Origin: Candidatus Latescibacterota bacterium
Lineage (GTDB): Bacteria; Latescibacterota; UBA2968; UBA8231
NCBI GenBank assembly: GCA_965223905.1
Contig: CBDCXV010000002.1
Location: 32,001-96,000 of the forward strand
Direction: 5' to 3'
Length of the DNA: 64,000 nucleotides
The notes under the pieces are model-generated. The model was not told where the DNA came from and searched no databases. It saw only the letters and a list, made by a program, of their open reading frames with translations. This document shows, piece by piece, positions 30,844 to 40,924 of the stretch. A program made the position numbers and the translations under genes. Every line of letters begins with the position of its first letter. Within the stretch, counting starts at the first letter, position 1.

Positions 30844-31505
30844 GTAGAGTCGGGATGTGGCGCGGTAGTGTAGGCTCGGCCTATCTGTTTCCGGCCCTTT
30901 CGTCTGCCGGTGCCTCAATAGCCGGGCCATGCTCCGTTTCCACACCCCGCTCATCGAACCGGACGTGCAGATTGGCCGCATCCGGCTCTCGGACGAGATC
31001 ATACCTTCGCCCACGGAAAGCCGCTCGTGCGCGGTACAAGGCGGGTGAGCCCATATGCGTGCCAGAGACGCTCGTCCGGGAATCGCACGTGGTTCCCGGT
31101 CGCCACCTTGTGCTTACGACACAGCCACTGGCGCAAACCGCCGGGTCGCGTGCCGGTCCACCGCGGCGTAGGCCGGGCTCACTTGGCCCAGGATGAAGTA
31201 GTTCGCCCACCCGGTCATGAGCCGGTTGAGGCGACCTACCACCACCTCCGGGGCCAGCAGTCCGGACCCTCGCGCGGTCAGCTCGCTGAGCCGGCGGCAG
31301 AGGCTTTGGACGCTCGCCGCGCTCGGGCGCGTGCCCAGGTAGGCCCGACCCGTGTCCCGGCGATAAGTGCGTCCGATCCGGTAGCCGAGGAACTCCATCG
31401 CCTCCTCCGGCACCCGGTAGCATCGGGTCTTCTCGGTGTTCATCGGCAGCCTCAGTTGCGCCATGAGCCGCTCGACCGCCGCCCGCATCGTGGCCGACGG
31501 GGCTT
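30844..31505 (-). mobile_element. 5'-truncated group II intron (maturase 3' fragment + domains V/VI)
   Basis: Domain V GAGCCGGATGCGGCCAATCTGCACGTCCGGTTC (30988-30956); 3' end ...CCGACTCTAC at 30844; NTEKT, EFLGY, LNRLMTGWANYF motifs. Confidence 0.9.
30999..31505 (-). pseudogene. Group II intron RT/maturase C-terminal fragment
   Basis: No YADD-containing region; frameshift near 31135 before LRQWLCRKHKV. Confidence 0.85.
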
Positions 31506-31509
31506 GGCC

Positions 31510-32400
31510 GGTAAAAGCATTCTGGTTTTCTTTATTCCGTTTTCTCTCATAAGACTTAGGAGGCTCAAATCCATCGGTCGTGGGATTGGTGTGTGGAGTA
31601 AACCGTGTGTACGAGCTGCCATCCCACAGGTCCGTAGCGTCCAGATCGCCAAACCACTTGACGGGGCCAAGCCGTCATAGTAACTCCCGGGCGTTGTGTC
31701 TGTCCTCCAGCGATGCGAATTCTGCCGATTCGCCACCAGGAAGTACTCCGGCCCGTCCTCCGAAATCGGAATCTTGTAGGCTCTCGGCGAAGAAGGCGAA
31801 GAAGCATTAATATCCTCGATTTCGGCTATATCCAGGTCGGAAGTCACGGTAACCGGATCGATCCACCTCACATGTGCCCGCGACCAGACTGAGAAGGGAT
31901 TCGGGCCGGTACTCACCTCATCCTTTGCCGGGTCTGGATGTGGCCAGCCTGTAGCACCACCCATGACCCCCCAGTTGCCAATTCCGCCAGATTCAATGTC
32001 GTGTCTATCCTCGTCGGTTGCCCCGTCCGGGGCCTTGTCGCGGTCAAACAGCTCGGGTAGACCCATTGCGTGGCCGTATTCGTGCGCCAATACCGCCGAA
32101 ATAAATGACATGCTTGAGCTGTAGGTTGAAGTGATGACGATTTCGATTCCCACCCCATCGACGGTCAAATCACTCAGACTAGAGGCGTAAAAGACCGTCC
32201 CGTTGGGACACCTTTGATGGTCTGTTGGACGTCCAAAAGCTCTTGGAAGGACCACCATGACCATGTCGACCATCATATCACGCGGAGTTTCGCTATCATA
32301 GACTTGGGCGTTGAAGTCCACAGAACCTTCTGCGTTGCGAATTACTTCCTTAACAAATGTTAACTGGCCGTTGTACCATCCCTCGCATTCATCCCCCATG
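31510..32400 (-). pseudogene. Internal fragment of an M6-family metalloprotease
   Basis: AHEYGHAMGLPELFD, GIGNWGVMGG, EYFLVANRQ, GLAIW; jumps to DLWDGSSYTRFTPHTNPTT in another frame. Confidence 0.8.
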
Positions 32401-32713
32401 CTGACCCGGGCCGACGGGGCCGCCCAGGGAACCTCCTCGACGCGACGGCCGTGGGTCGGGCAGCGGATCTCCCGAGGGGCGTGGTGCAACCAGAGGGTAC
32501 GGCCGCAAACGCGGACGTCGCGCCAGCGGCGGAACTCCATGACCTGTACGATCTTGCCGCGGAAAGCCCACACTGGGGACACCGGCACCCGTTCCTTTGG
32601 GGCTTCACCGCGACCACGACGGCCGCTTCCTCCCCGTGTCCTTCGAACCACACGCCCACAGCGCGAAATCCCTTGAATTGGAACAGCTTGGAGACGAACT
32701 TCATAGCGGTCAT
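32400..32713 (-). mobile_element. ISL3-family transposase 5' fragment
   Basis: CRCPQCG...RRWRDV...PREIRCPTHG..VEEVPWA zinc-finger region typical of ISL3; frameshifted. Confidence 0.75.
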
Positions 32714-33231
32714 AGGCCGCCTTCCCTTCCCTTTCCTGGGGAGTGCTTGATGGGGATACACCAAGCATAGGGAACGACCTATGGCCTTGTCATGTACTCA
32801 GGTTTCGGCGTTGAAAAACCCGGATAGACCCGAGATTTATCGGATTGGGGCAGGAGCGGTAGACCGAATAGTAATAACCCCTGTTACCACTGGCCCCACA
32901 CCGTCGCTTAACCGTCCGACCGTCCGATGGATTTGTCCTCTGGCGAAGTAACTTTAGCCAAAATTCCGTTATCCGATCCCCGTTATGGCCGTAGGTGATT
33001 TCGTCCAAAAAGGCGCTGCGATTATTAGATCGAGCGACCAAGTAGTAGGTTGGTTTGGCCCGAACAAGGAACCCCGCCAATATGCCCTTGTCAATACCAA
33101 TACCTAAAATTTTTGGGAGCAAAAATATCCCCCCTTGCCCCCTTTATCTCTGCTATGGGCGCCTACCTCTCCTATCCGTAGATCACCGGGTTCGGGCGCG
33201 CTGTACCCTCCCTGCTTGTTAAGATCCGGTT

Positions 33232-33247
33232 TGCAAATTCTGTGCCA
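33232..33247 (-). promoter_or_regulatory. Sigma-54 (-24/-12) promoter consensus facing the secreted-protein array
   Basis: TGGCAC-AGAAT-TTGCA on the minus strand with canonical spacing in an AT-rich intergenic region. Confidence 0.6.
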
Positions 33248-33484
33248 ATTTTTTTGAAAACAGACTAACATATAGTATATGCGGGAGTTATATCGTATGT
33301 GGGTTTCCTGGCAAGATTTCGGGAAGTGTTTCAAAATGCGACACGCCCATCCCGCCCGACGACCGAATGCCCTGTTGCGGGGAGACTTCAACTGTAAGTT
33401 TTTGAACAAGTTACAGGAAATATTCGGAGAGGGGACGGGGAATGTGTCGCATTTTGGAACACGAGTCGCATTTTGCGACAGTCC

Positions 33485-33780
33485 TCACGCATTGGGGATC
33501 ACCGCATCGATCCCCTCGACGCGCAGGCAGTCTCGACCCTCGATGGGGCCGAACGCCACGCCGATGCGGTTCTCTCCCTGGACGACCGGTCGCGGCAGGT
33601 CACTCGTAGGTGCCGGCCGGCCTGCCTGAAGTACCAGCGTCCGCGCCGGAAATCCATCTCGAACCCGTCGACGCCGCAGGGCTCGCAGCTCGCAGGTCTC
33701 CGGGATCAGGCCGAGCTTGCGCTCGCGCACCTCTTTCGGATAGAGAGGTACGGGAAAGGACTGTTCCAGTACATCCTTTC
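33485..33780 (-). pseudogene. Degraded glycoside-hydrolase-like (GHL10-type) fragment
   Basis: EVRERKLGLIPETCE and GVDGFEMDFRRGRWYF in different frames. Confidence 0.35.
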
Positions 33781-34085
33781 CAGATATTCGGGAACTTCGT
33801 TTGCAGTTTCGGAAGGGGGCGCCCAAGCCCCTTTGAAGGCGGACCGTCTTCGTCCGTGAGCCGGTTCCAGATTCCCGAACCCGACTTCCGGAGAAAAGAC
33901 CTTTCCGATGAGGATCGTCGCTGACCCCCGGGGCCGATTACCGGGCCCTGGTCGGGAACGCCTATGACCGGTGCGCGCTGGGGTACGCGAGGCAGCGGTC
34001 CCCCACTCCCGGACCAGAACTCGGCCTGATCACCGAGGACCTGGAGCCTGGTTCTATATAGTTCCCGGATTCTTCTGAAGTAAAC

Positions 34086-34179
34086 CTAGCAGCTGAAGGC
34101 GTAGCCGATGCTCCCCTTGGCCGAAGCCGCCCCGGAAATCATCCCGGATTCCCCGTCGCGGCGGATCGCCAGCACCTTT
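34086..34179 (-). pseudogene. C-terminal stub resembling gamma-glutamyltransferase
   Basis: KVLAIRRDGESGMISGAASAKGSIGYAFSC*. Confidence 0.45.
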
Positions 34180-34443
34180 AGAATGACAATGAGCGAATCC
34201 GGCATGTCCATTATTGTCGCGGCTCTTCCTGGGGAGCGGGAGACCAAGTCAGATTCTTGCTCCCACCAGGCCCTCAGTGCCTGCTCGTTCTCCTGCCTCA
34301 ACCGTGCCATTCCACTCGAATCGTCGTCTATACCTGCGAGCAGCTTACTCGGGCTCACCTGCCCTGTATTGTCGTAGCGAACGTAGTGGTAGTATCCTGT
34401 GATCGGATGCTTCACCACGTACCCATTCGGAGTGGATAGATAG
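34180..34443 (-). pseudogene. Fragment resembling an M6 metalloprotease N-terminal prodomain
   Basis: Lower-GC insert YLSTPNGYVVKHPITGYYHYVRYDNTGQVSPSKLLAG. Confidence 0.5.
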
Positions 34444-35364
34444 TGGCGCCCGGCTCCTTGTGCCCCGGGGCGTGGTCGGGCACGCACATGTGCTGGTACC
34501 CCACCTCCTTCAGCGCCTGCATGTTGCGGTGCATGTTCATCACCCCCTCGTCGGGCCAGACCTCCTGGGACTTGTTGCGGCCGCCGACGATGTTGCGGAA
34601 GTGGCAGAGGAAGATCTTGCCGCGGCTTCCGAAGTAGCGGATGATCTCGGGCACCTCGTTGCAGGGATCGGTCGAGGCCTCGGCCATGCAGCCCAGGCAG
34701 AGGTTGACCCCGTAGTAGTCGCTGGGGACGATCTCGATGAAGCGCTTGAACCCCTCGGGCCCGCCCAGGACCCGGTCCACGCCCCGGTACCCGGGCGGCA
34801 GCCAGGGGTCGCACGGGTGGCAGGCCATGCGCACCCGGCACTCCTCGGCTACCGGGATCACGCGCTCGAGGAAACAGGTGATCCGTTCCCAGTTCATCTC
34901 CGCGGTGACCGGCTTGTCGAAGCGCGGCCCGCGGTCCTCGCCTGCTCGAGATCCCAGGTGCTGTACACGGAGTTGCCGCGCCCGGGAGGGGTGCTCTCGG
35001 TGCGCTGGTTCTCCATGGCGCACAGGTAGTACTTGACCGCGGGGATGCCGGCCTCGGCGGCCTGGCGGAGCATGTTGCAGACCAGCTCGATTTCCCGGTC
35101 CCCTGCCTCGCGGTTGCCGAGCATGTAGTCGGGGACCTCGCCGCCGGAGGCGTTGAGCCGGGCGATCGGGATCGCCACCATCTCCATGTCGATGCCGAAG
35201 CGGGCGCACTTTTCCTTCTTCTGCTTCAGCTCGGCGACGTCCCAGCCGTATTCCCGGTGGAAGGTGATGAAGTTCTCGTTCTTGTTGAACACCCCGTGGC
35301 GCGCGAGGTATTCGAGGTCTTCGTCCGAGGTGTTGAACTGCTGCGTCCCGACGTGCATCTGCAT
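34444..35364 (-). pseudogene. uxuA: Mannonate dehydratase, frameshifted and 3'-truncated
   Basis: WERITCFLERVIPVAEE..VRMACHPCDP, CLGC, HFRNI, VPDHAP motifs; 1-nt frameshift at ~34940. Confidence 0.8.
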
Positions 35365-35382
35365 CCTCCTTTGCTTGTCCGG

Positions 35383-36711
35383 TCACTCCCTGCTTCTCCG
35401 CCGCCGCCGCACGGCCCGCTGCATCAGCTCCTTCATCGGGGTCTGCAGATCGCGGCCCACGAGCCTCCTGCTCGCGACCCAGCCGGCGACGAACAGCAGC
35501 TGCGTCCCTGCCAGGTACCAGTGCGTCGCGGCGACGGCACTCGATTCGATCTCCAGCGTCGATACCCGGTCGAACAGCAGCCCTCCGGCCAAACCGCCGA
35601 GCCCGGAGGCCCAGGCGAGAACGAAGTTGGGCACGGCGAACCCCTCCCCCTGGTGCCGCTGCGGCGCCGCATCCATCATCGCCCGCGTCTGGCCGAAGGT
35701 GTAGCCGGCGTGCAGCATCCCCCAGACCAGGAAATAGACCGCGGCCCACGCGGTCAGCGGCCCCGTCCGGGAGGGCAGCATCAGCCAGGCCCCCCCGAGG
35801 GCGGCCATCAGCAACAGCGACGCGGTCAACGCCGGCCGGCTGCCGTGCCTCTCGACCAGCCGCCCCCACAGGTAGAGCGTCAGCAGCTCGCCGGCCCCCA
35901 TCAGCGAGAGCATCCAGACGTAGTAGTTGACCGGCAGGCCGCGCTCGGTCAGCGCCACCACCCAGAACGGCAAGGTCGCGGTCTCGACGAAGCAGGTGAT
36001 GCCGAAACAGCCGCAGTAGCGGCGGATCGCCGGCTCCCGCAGGACCTCGGCGAGCCGCTTCCAGAGCGCTTCCCGCGGGCGCGGCAGGGGCTTCTCGGGG
36101 ACCCGCATCACTGCCCGGCTGCTGGCAACCACCAGAATCAGGGCGAGCGCGAAGGGCAGGGCGAAACGGCTGGGGTCCGGCTGCGTGCCGAGGTACCAGC
36201 CGGCGAGCAGGGGCACGCCGAGGGTGCAAAGCCGCTGGGTCGTGCGCATGCGGGTGATGAAGGAGGCCAGCCCCGACTTCGGGGTGTTGTCCTGGACGAG
36301 GGGCCACCAGGCGCTGCCGCCGACCTGCACCATCGACTGGCGCAGGACCAGCAGCCCGAGGGCGGCCCAGGCGATTCCGGGGCCGGCGTGGAGCGCCAGC
36401 GGCACCAGCAGCAGCAGGAAGAAGCCGCTGGCGAGACGGGCCGTTCCCATCAGGCGCGCCTTGCCAAACCGCGGCATCAGCTTCACTCCTATCAGGCGGG
36501 AGGTGTTGCCGATACTGGTCGCCGTCGCCAGCAACCCGATCAGGAAGGGGCCGACTCCCAGCGCGAGCAGGAACAGCGGTCCGCTCTGCATCATGAAGGC
36601 GCCGACCGTCGACCCGGTGGCGAGGTACTGCAGCAAGCGCCGCTGTCCGCGCTCGCCGGCCTCGCGCGCCGCGCGCTGCTCTTCCCTGGTTCCGGTCGTT
36701 CGCTGCGACAT
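35383..36711 (-). CDS. MFS transporter
   Basis: 442 aa, ~12 hydrophobic segments, WGRLVERHGSRP motif. Confidence 0.85.
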   Translation of the reverse strand: MSQRTTGTREEQRAAREAGERGQRRLLQYLATGSTVGAFMMQSGPLFLLALGVGPFLIGLLATATSIGNTSRLIGVKLMPRFGKARLMGTARLASGFFLLLLVPLALHAGPGIAWAALGLLVLRQSMVQVGGSAWWPLVQDNTPKSGLASFITRMRTTQRLCTLGVPLLAGWYLGTQPDPSRFALPFALALILVVASSRAVMRVPEKPLPRPREALWKRLAEVLREPAIRRYCGCFGITCFVETATLPFWVVALTERGLPVNYYVWMLSLMGAGELLTLYLWGRLVERHGSRPALTASLLLMAALGGAWLMLPSRTGPLTAWAAVYFLVWGMLHAGYTFGQTRAMMDAAPQRHQGEGFAVPNFVLAWASGLGGLAGGLLFDRVSTLEIESSAVAATHWYLAGTQLLFVAGWVASRRLVGRDLQTPMKELMQRAVRRRRRSRE

Positions 36712-36951
36712 CAGTCCGCGGGCTGCGGTTCCTTTCCGGATCTAGTGCCTACGCGCAATTCCGCGTTAATCCGGCCGCCCTCGTTCGTTCGTACGCTTAC
36801 TTGCGCGCGCAGGGTACCAGGCGGCCCGGAGGAGGGTCCGTGGCATCACCAACAGGCGGACTGACGGGCAGCGTGGTCTCATCGTCAGCGGTCTCGCGAG
36901 CAGCTTGAATCCTGGTCCTGGTGTTTCCACCCGTCCGGATTCCGGCGCCGC

Positions 36952-38553
36952 TCAGGAGCTGCAGGAGAGCATCGAGCAGCCGGCGCGGTGCCGCGCCCAC
37001 TCCGGCCGTTTCTGCGCGAACTCCGCTTCTCTATCCGGCTGCTCGTCGTACGGCCTCCGCATCACCTCCAGCAGCTCTGCGACCTTGGCGAACTCCCCGG
37101 CCTGGGCCTCGTCGATGGCGAGCTGGGCCAGGTAGTTGCGCAGGACGTACCTGGGATTGACGGCGTTCATGCGCCGGCGCCTCTCCGCGACGGGGAGGCA
37201 ATCGCGGGCACAGCGGCGCAGATAGCTGCGCAGCCACTCCGCGGTGCGATGAAGGGGGTCCCCGTACAGCTTTTCACGCTCGTAAGAGGCCTCGGAGACG
37301 CAGGCGATCAGCTCATCGTCGGTGGCTTTGTCCGGGGAGGCGTCGAGGTCGGCGAGGCCGCGGAAGAACAGGGTCATGTCGGTCTCGACCAGTTGCAGCA
37401 CCTCCTCCAGCTCCTCGATCAGCCCGGGGTCGGTATCGGCATCGAAGGCGCTCAGCCCCAGCTTGCCGGCCATCATCTCCCGGTATTTCCCCTCGTACGC
37501 CTGCGGGTAGGAGTCGAGCAGCTCCTGCAGCGGCTCCACCTCGTCGAGCAGGGGCACCAGGGCGCGCGCCAGCTGTCCGAGGTTCCACCAGGCGATCTGC
37601 GGCTGGCCGCCGAACCGGTAGCGCCGGCCGCCGGCGTCGGTCGTGTTCGGGGTCCAGCCGGGGTCGTACCCCTCGAGCCACCCGTACGGACCGTAATCGA
37701 TGGTGAGCCCGAGGATGGACATGTTGTCGGTGTTCATGACGCCGTGGACGAACCCGACCCGCATCCAGTGGGCGATCATCTCCGCGGTGGTGCGGCAGAC
37801 TTCGTCGAACATCCGCAGGTAGACTTCCGGGGAAGGGGCTCCGAGGTGGGGAAAGTCGGTGCGCACGGTGTAGTCGGCGAGCTGCTTCAGCACCGCGGTC
37901 TCGCCGCGGGAGGCGAAGATCTCGAAGTTGCCGAAGCGGGTGAACGAGGGGGAAACGCGGCAGACGACCGCGCCCGGCTCGTTCTCCGGGTTGCCGTCGT
38001 AGAACATGTCGCGCACCACCTCCTCCCCGGTCGCCACCAGGCTCAGGGCCCGCGTCGTCGGCACCCCGAGGTGGTACATCGCCTCGCTGCAGAGGAACTC
38101 CCGGACCGACGAGCGCATCACCGCGAGGCCGTCGGCGCCGCGCGAGTACGGCGTCGGTCCGGCCCCTTTAAGCTGCAGGACCCAGCGCCGGCCCCCCTCG
38201 CCGGTAACCTCCCCGAGGTTGATGGCGCGCCCGTCCCCGAGCTGGCCGGCCCAGGTGCCGAACTGGTGGCCGCCGTAGCACATCGCGAACGGGTCCATGC
38301 CCGCGGTGAGGTCGTTGCCGGCAAAGGTCCGGGCGAACTCCTGCGAAGCGACGAAGCGGTCGGAAAGGCCGAGCTCGGCCGCCATCTCGCGCGAGTGCGC
38401 GACCAGCCGCGGCGCCCGCACCTGCACCGGCCGCACCCGGGAGTAGCAGGCCCCCGTCACCTGGCGGCGGAAATTCGCCGGCTCCGGGTCGCCGGGAAGC
38501 TCGCGGGTGAAGCGGTTGTCGAAGGTCAGCTCGTCGAGGGTCATTCCGTTCAT
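36952..38553 (-). CDS. selO: Protein adenylyltransferase SelO (YdiU)
   Basis: YGGHQFG, QLGDGRA, LKGAGPTPYSRGADG, GFVHGVMNTDN, IDYGPYG, C-terminal SCSS; start uncertain (38544-38580). Confidence 0.95.
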   Translation of the reverse strand: MNGMTLDELTFDNRFTRELPGDPEPANFRRQVTGACYSRVRPVQVRAPRLVAHSREMAAELGLSDRFVASQEFARTFAGNDLTAGMDPFAMCYGGHQFGTWAGQLGDGRAINLGEVTGEGGRRWVLQLKGAGPTPYSRGADGLAVMRSSVREFLCSEAMYHLGVPTTRALSLVATGEEVVRDMFYDGNPENEPGAVVCRVSPSFTRFGNFEIFASRGETAVLKQLADYTVRTDFPHLGAPSPEVYLRMFDEVCRTTAEMIAHWMRVGFVHGVMNTDNMSILGLTIDYGPYGWLEGYDPGWTPNTTDAGGRRYRFGGQPQIAWWNLGQLARALVPLLDEVEPLQELLDSYPQAYEGKYREMMAGKLGLSAFDADTDPGLIEELEEVLQLVETDMTLFFRGLADLDASPDKATDDELIACVSEASYEREKLYGDPLHRTAEWLRSYLRRCARDCLPVAERRRRMNAVNPRYVLRNYLAQLAIDEAQAGEFAKVAELLEVMRRPYDEQPDREAEFAQKRPEWARHRAGCSMLSCSS

Positions 38554-38592
38554 CTGCCAGTCCGTGGTTTGGGTTTGCAAGGGCGGGGCACC

Positions 38593-39792
38593 TCACCCGG
38601 GGCGCCGCGGGATCACGGGCAGCAGCCCGAGCAGCCCTGCGGCGAGCGACACCGCGGCCAGCAGGTAGAACACCGCTGCCAGGGACGACGCCTGCGCCAG
38701 GTACCCCGAGACCACCGGGCCCGCCAGCATTCCGGCGGCGTAGATCGCCTGGTAGATCCCCATTCCGGTGGCGCGGTCCTCGGGGGCGACCGCCCGCAGG
38801 CTGAGGGAGATCAGCAGGGTGTTGACGATTCCGCGCGCCATCCCTCCCATCCCCTGCAGGGCCATCAGCAGCCACACCGAGGCGATCCCGGGAACGACAA
38901 CCAGGCTGGCGCCGACGAGGCCGGAAGCGAGAAACAGGGCCGCGCGAATTCCGCAGCCGCGGGCGATCCGCGTCGCCGCCATGGTGCCGAGGAGCTGGCC
39001 GATCAGCATGGCCGTGGTGACGTACCCCACCTCGGCGTCGCTGGCGCCGATGCGCTCCGCGTACAGGGGCACGAACCCGAAGCTCCCCGCAAAGGTAACG
39101 AACTGCGCGAGAATGCCGATCGCCCCGGCGAGCAGCAGCAGGGGGATGCGCGCCACGCGCCGGAAGGTCGCGGCCGAGTACGAGCCTGAGCGGATCTGCC
39201 GGGGTTCGCGCGCCAGCAGCATCAGCACCGTGCCGCAGGCGCCGCAGGCCGCGGCGGTGTAGAAGGCCGCGTCGGCGCCGAAATACTCGGAGATCAGCCC
39301 CCCGCTGAAGGTCGCCGCAAGCAGCCCCACCGAGTTGATCGTCATCACCCGGGCCATGGCGTGTCCGCTGCGGTCGGCGGCGTAGTACGAGGAGAACAGC
39401 ACGCTGACCGCCACCCAGCCGGCGCCTCCGACCCCGACCAGGGTGCGGGCGGCGAACAGGGACCACGGACCGGGGGCCAGGGCCAGCCCGACCGCCCCGG
39501 CGGTGGCGCAGGCCAGGGCCGCGGCGGCGAACGGCTTGCGGCGCCCCAGGATATCGGCGGCCACCCCTATCGGGATGCGCAGCAGCAGCTGGGCGATGGC
39601 GTAGGAGGAGACCACGAGGCCGACCATCGACAGGTTGGCGCCCAGCTCCTCGGCGTGCAGGGGGAAAACCGGAACGTAGATGTACAGCGACAGCCAGAAG
39701 GCGAAGGTCGCGGCCGCGACGAGCACCACCGATCTGCGGTCGAACGGGGCGCGGGCGGCCGCGGGCGCTTGCGCGGCGTCGCTTCCCGCCAC
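38593..39792 (-). CDS. MFS transporter
   Basis: GVAADILGRRKP motif A, multiple TM segments. Confidence 0.88.
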   Translation of the reverse strand: MAGSDAAQAPAAARAPFDRRSVVLVAAATFAFWLSLYIYVPVFPLHAEELGANLSMVGLVVSSYAIAQLLLRIPIGVAADILGRRKPFAAAALACATAGAVGLALAPGPWSLFAARTLVGVGGAGWVAVSVLFSSYYAADRSGHAMARVMTINSVGLLAATFSGGLISEYFGADAAFYTAAACGACGTVLMLLAREPRQIRSGSYSAATFRRVARIPLLLLAGAIGILAQFVTFAGSFGFVPLYAERIGASDAEVGYVTTAMLIGQLLGTMAATRIARGCGIRAALFLASGLVGASLVVVPGIASVWLLMALQGMGGMARGIVNTLLISLSLRAVAPEDRATGMGIYQAIYAAGMLAGPVVSGYLAQASSLAAVFYLLAAVSLAAGLLGLLPVIPRRPG

Positions 39793-39794
39793 CC

Positions 39795-40847
39795 TCAGAG
39801 GCCCGGGGGTTCGACCGCGACCTCGGTGCCGGAGGCCGAAGCGGCGCGGGCGGCGTCGGCGACCGCCTGCACCCAGTAGCCGCTCTCGGCGTCGCAGACC
39901 GGTTTCTCACCCGACTGCGCGGCCGCGGCGAAATCCTCGACCATCGGCAGGTCGAACAGCTTCTCCGGCAGGGGCTCCACGGCGATCCGCTCGGTCCCCT
40001 CCGGCAGCTCCAGGAGCAGGTGATCGGCATTGAGCTCCAGCGGGTCGATCAGGATCCTGCCCCGGTCCCCGTCGATCTGGGCGAAATCGTGGCGCGGCGG
40101 CGAGGTCAGGATCGTCGAGTGCATGCCGATCCCGCCCTCCTCGAAGCGCACGATCAGGGCGTCGGTGTCGTCGACCGGCCAGTCGTGGTCGACCGTGCCG
40201 ACCGCGGCGCTCACCGACCGCGGCCGGCCGCCGAAGTTCAGCAGCACCTCGATGCGGTGGGAGGCCATCTCCATCATGGCGCCGCCGATGCCCGGCTCGA
40301 TCCGCCAGTCCCCCGGTTGCGGGTCCCAGCGGCCGCTGTAGTGGGTGCGGGCGAAAACCACCCGGCCTATGCGCCCCGCGGCGATCAGACGCTTGGCGGC
40401 GACCACCTGCGGGCAGGTGCGCCGGCGGTAGGCGACCGCCAGGGTGACGCCGTTGTCCCGGCAGGCGGCCATCATCTCCCGGCACTCGGCGGCGTCCCTC
40501 GCCATCGGCTTCTCGCAGAGCACGTGCTTTCCGTGCTCCGCGGCGAGGCAGGTGTAGTCGCGATGGGTGTCGGTCGGCGTCGAGACAATGACGGCCTGCA
40601 CCTGCTCGTCGCGCACCAGCTCGGCGGCCGAAGCGTAGGCGCGCGGGCCGCCGAAGCGGGCGGCGAAGGCCCGGGCTGCCGACAGGTCGCGCCGGCAGAC
40701 GGCGACCAGCTCGGTCCGTTGCGACGCCAGCAGAGACGGCCCGAACGAGCTCTCGGCTATGGAGCCGCAGCCGATGATTCCGAATCTCACGGTGTTTTTG
40801 CTCCGGGGATGGTGGGGGTCCATTTCTGAGCCTGTTTCCGGTTTCAT
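39795..40847 (-). CDS. Gfo/Idh/MocA-family oxidoreductase
   Basis: GIIGCGSIA, HVLCEKPMA, GGAMMEMASH; start uncertain. Confidence 0.9.
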   Translation of the reverse strand: MKPETGSEMDPHHPRSKNTVRFGIIGCGSIAESSFGPSLLASQRTELVAVCRRDLSAARAFAARFGGPRAYASAAELVRDEQVQAVIVSTPTDTHRDYTCLAAEHGKHVLCEKPMARDAAECREMMAACRDNGVTLAVAYRRRTCPQVVAAKRLIAAGRIGRVVFARTHYSGRWDPQPGDWRIEPGIGGAMMEMASHRIEVLLNFGGRPRSVSAAVGTVDHDWPVDDTDALIVRFEEGGIGMHSTILTSPPRHDFAQIDGDRGRILIDPLELNADHLLLELPEGTERIAVEPLPEKLFDLPMVEDFAAAAQSGEKPVCDAESGYWVQAVADAARAASASGTEVAVEPPGL

Positions 40848-40924
40848 GGTCAGTACTCGAAGTTCAGGTGCGAGCATGGTACGTTCGCGACTGTGTAGTG
40901 GAAACTCAAACAAAAGGATGTTTC

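Noticed and set aside
30844-31505. RT fragment plus nearby repeats as a diversity-generating retroelement
   Set aside because: The RT piece is a group II intron maturase tail with domains V/VI and no catalytic region; the repeat differences I inspected are not adenine-specific
31452-32768. 438-aa ORF as a novel transposase-protease fusion
   Set aside because: Chance read-through across ISL3, M6 and intron fragments; no signal peptide or complete domain
32790-33629. Short ORFs 32790..33122, 33104..33409, 33279..33629
   Set aside because: No motifs or RBS; the region looks regulatory
36952-36975. Selenocysteine in the SelO C-terminus
   Set aside because: The protein ends CSMLSCSS with Cys codons, the usual bacterial form
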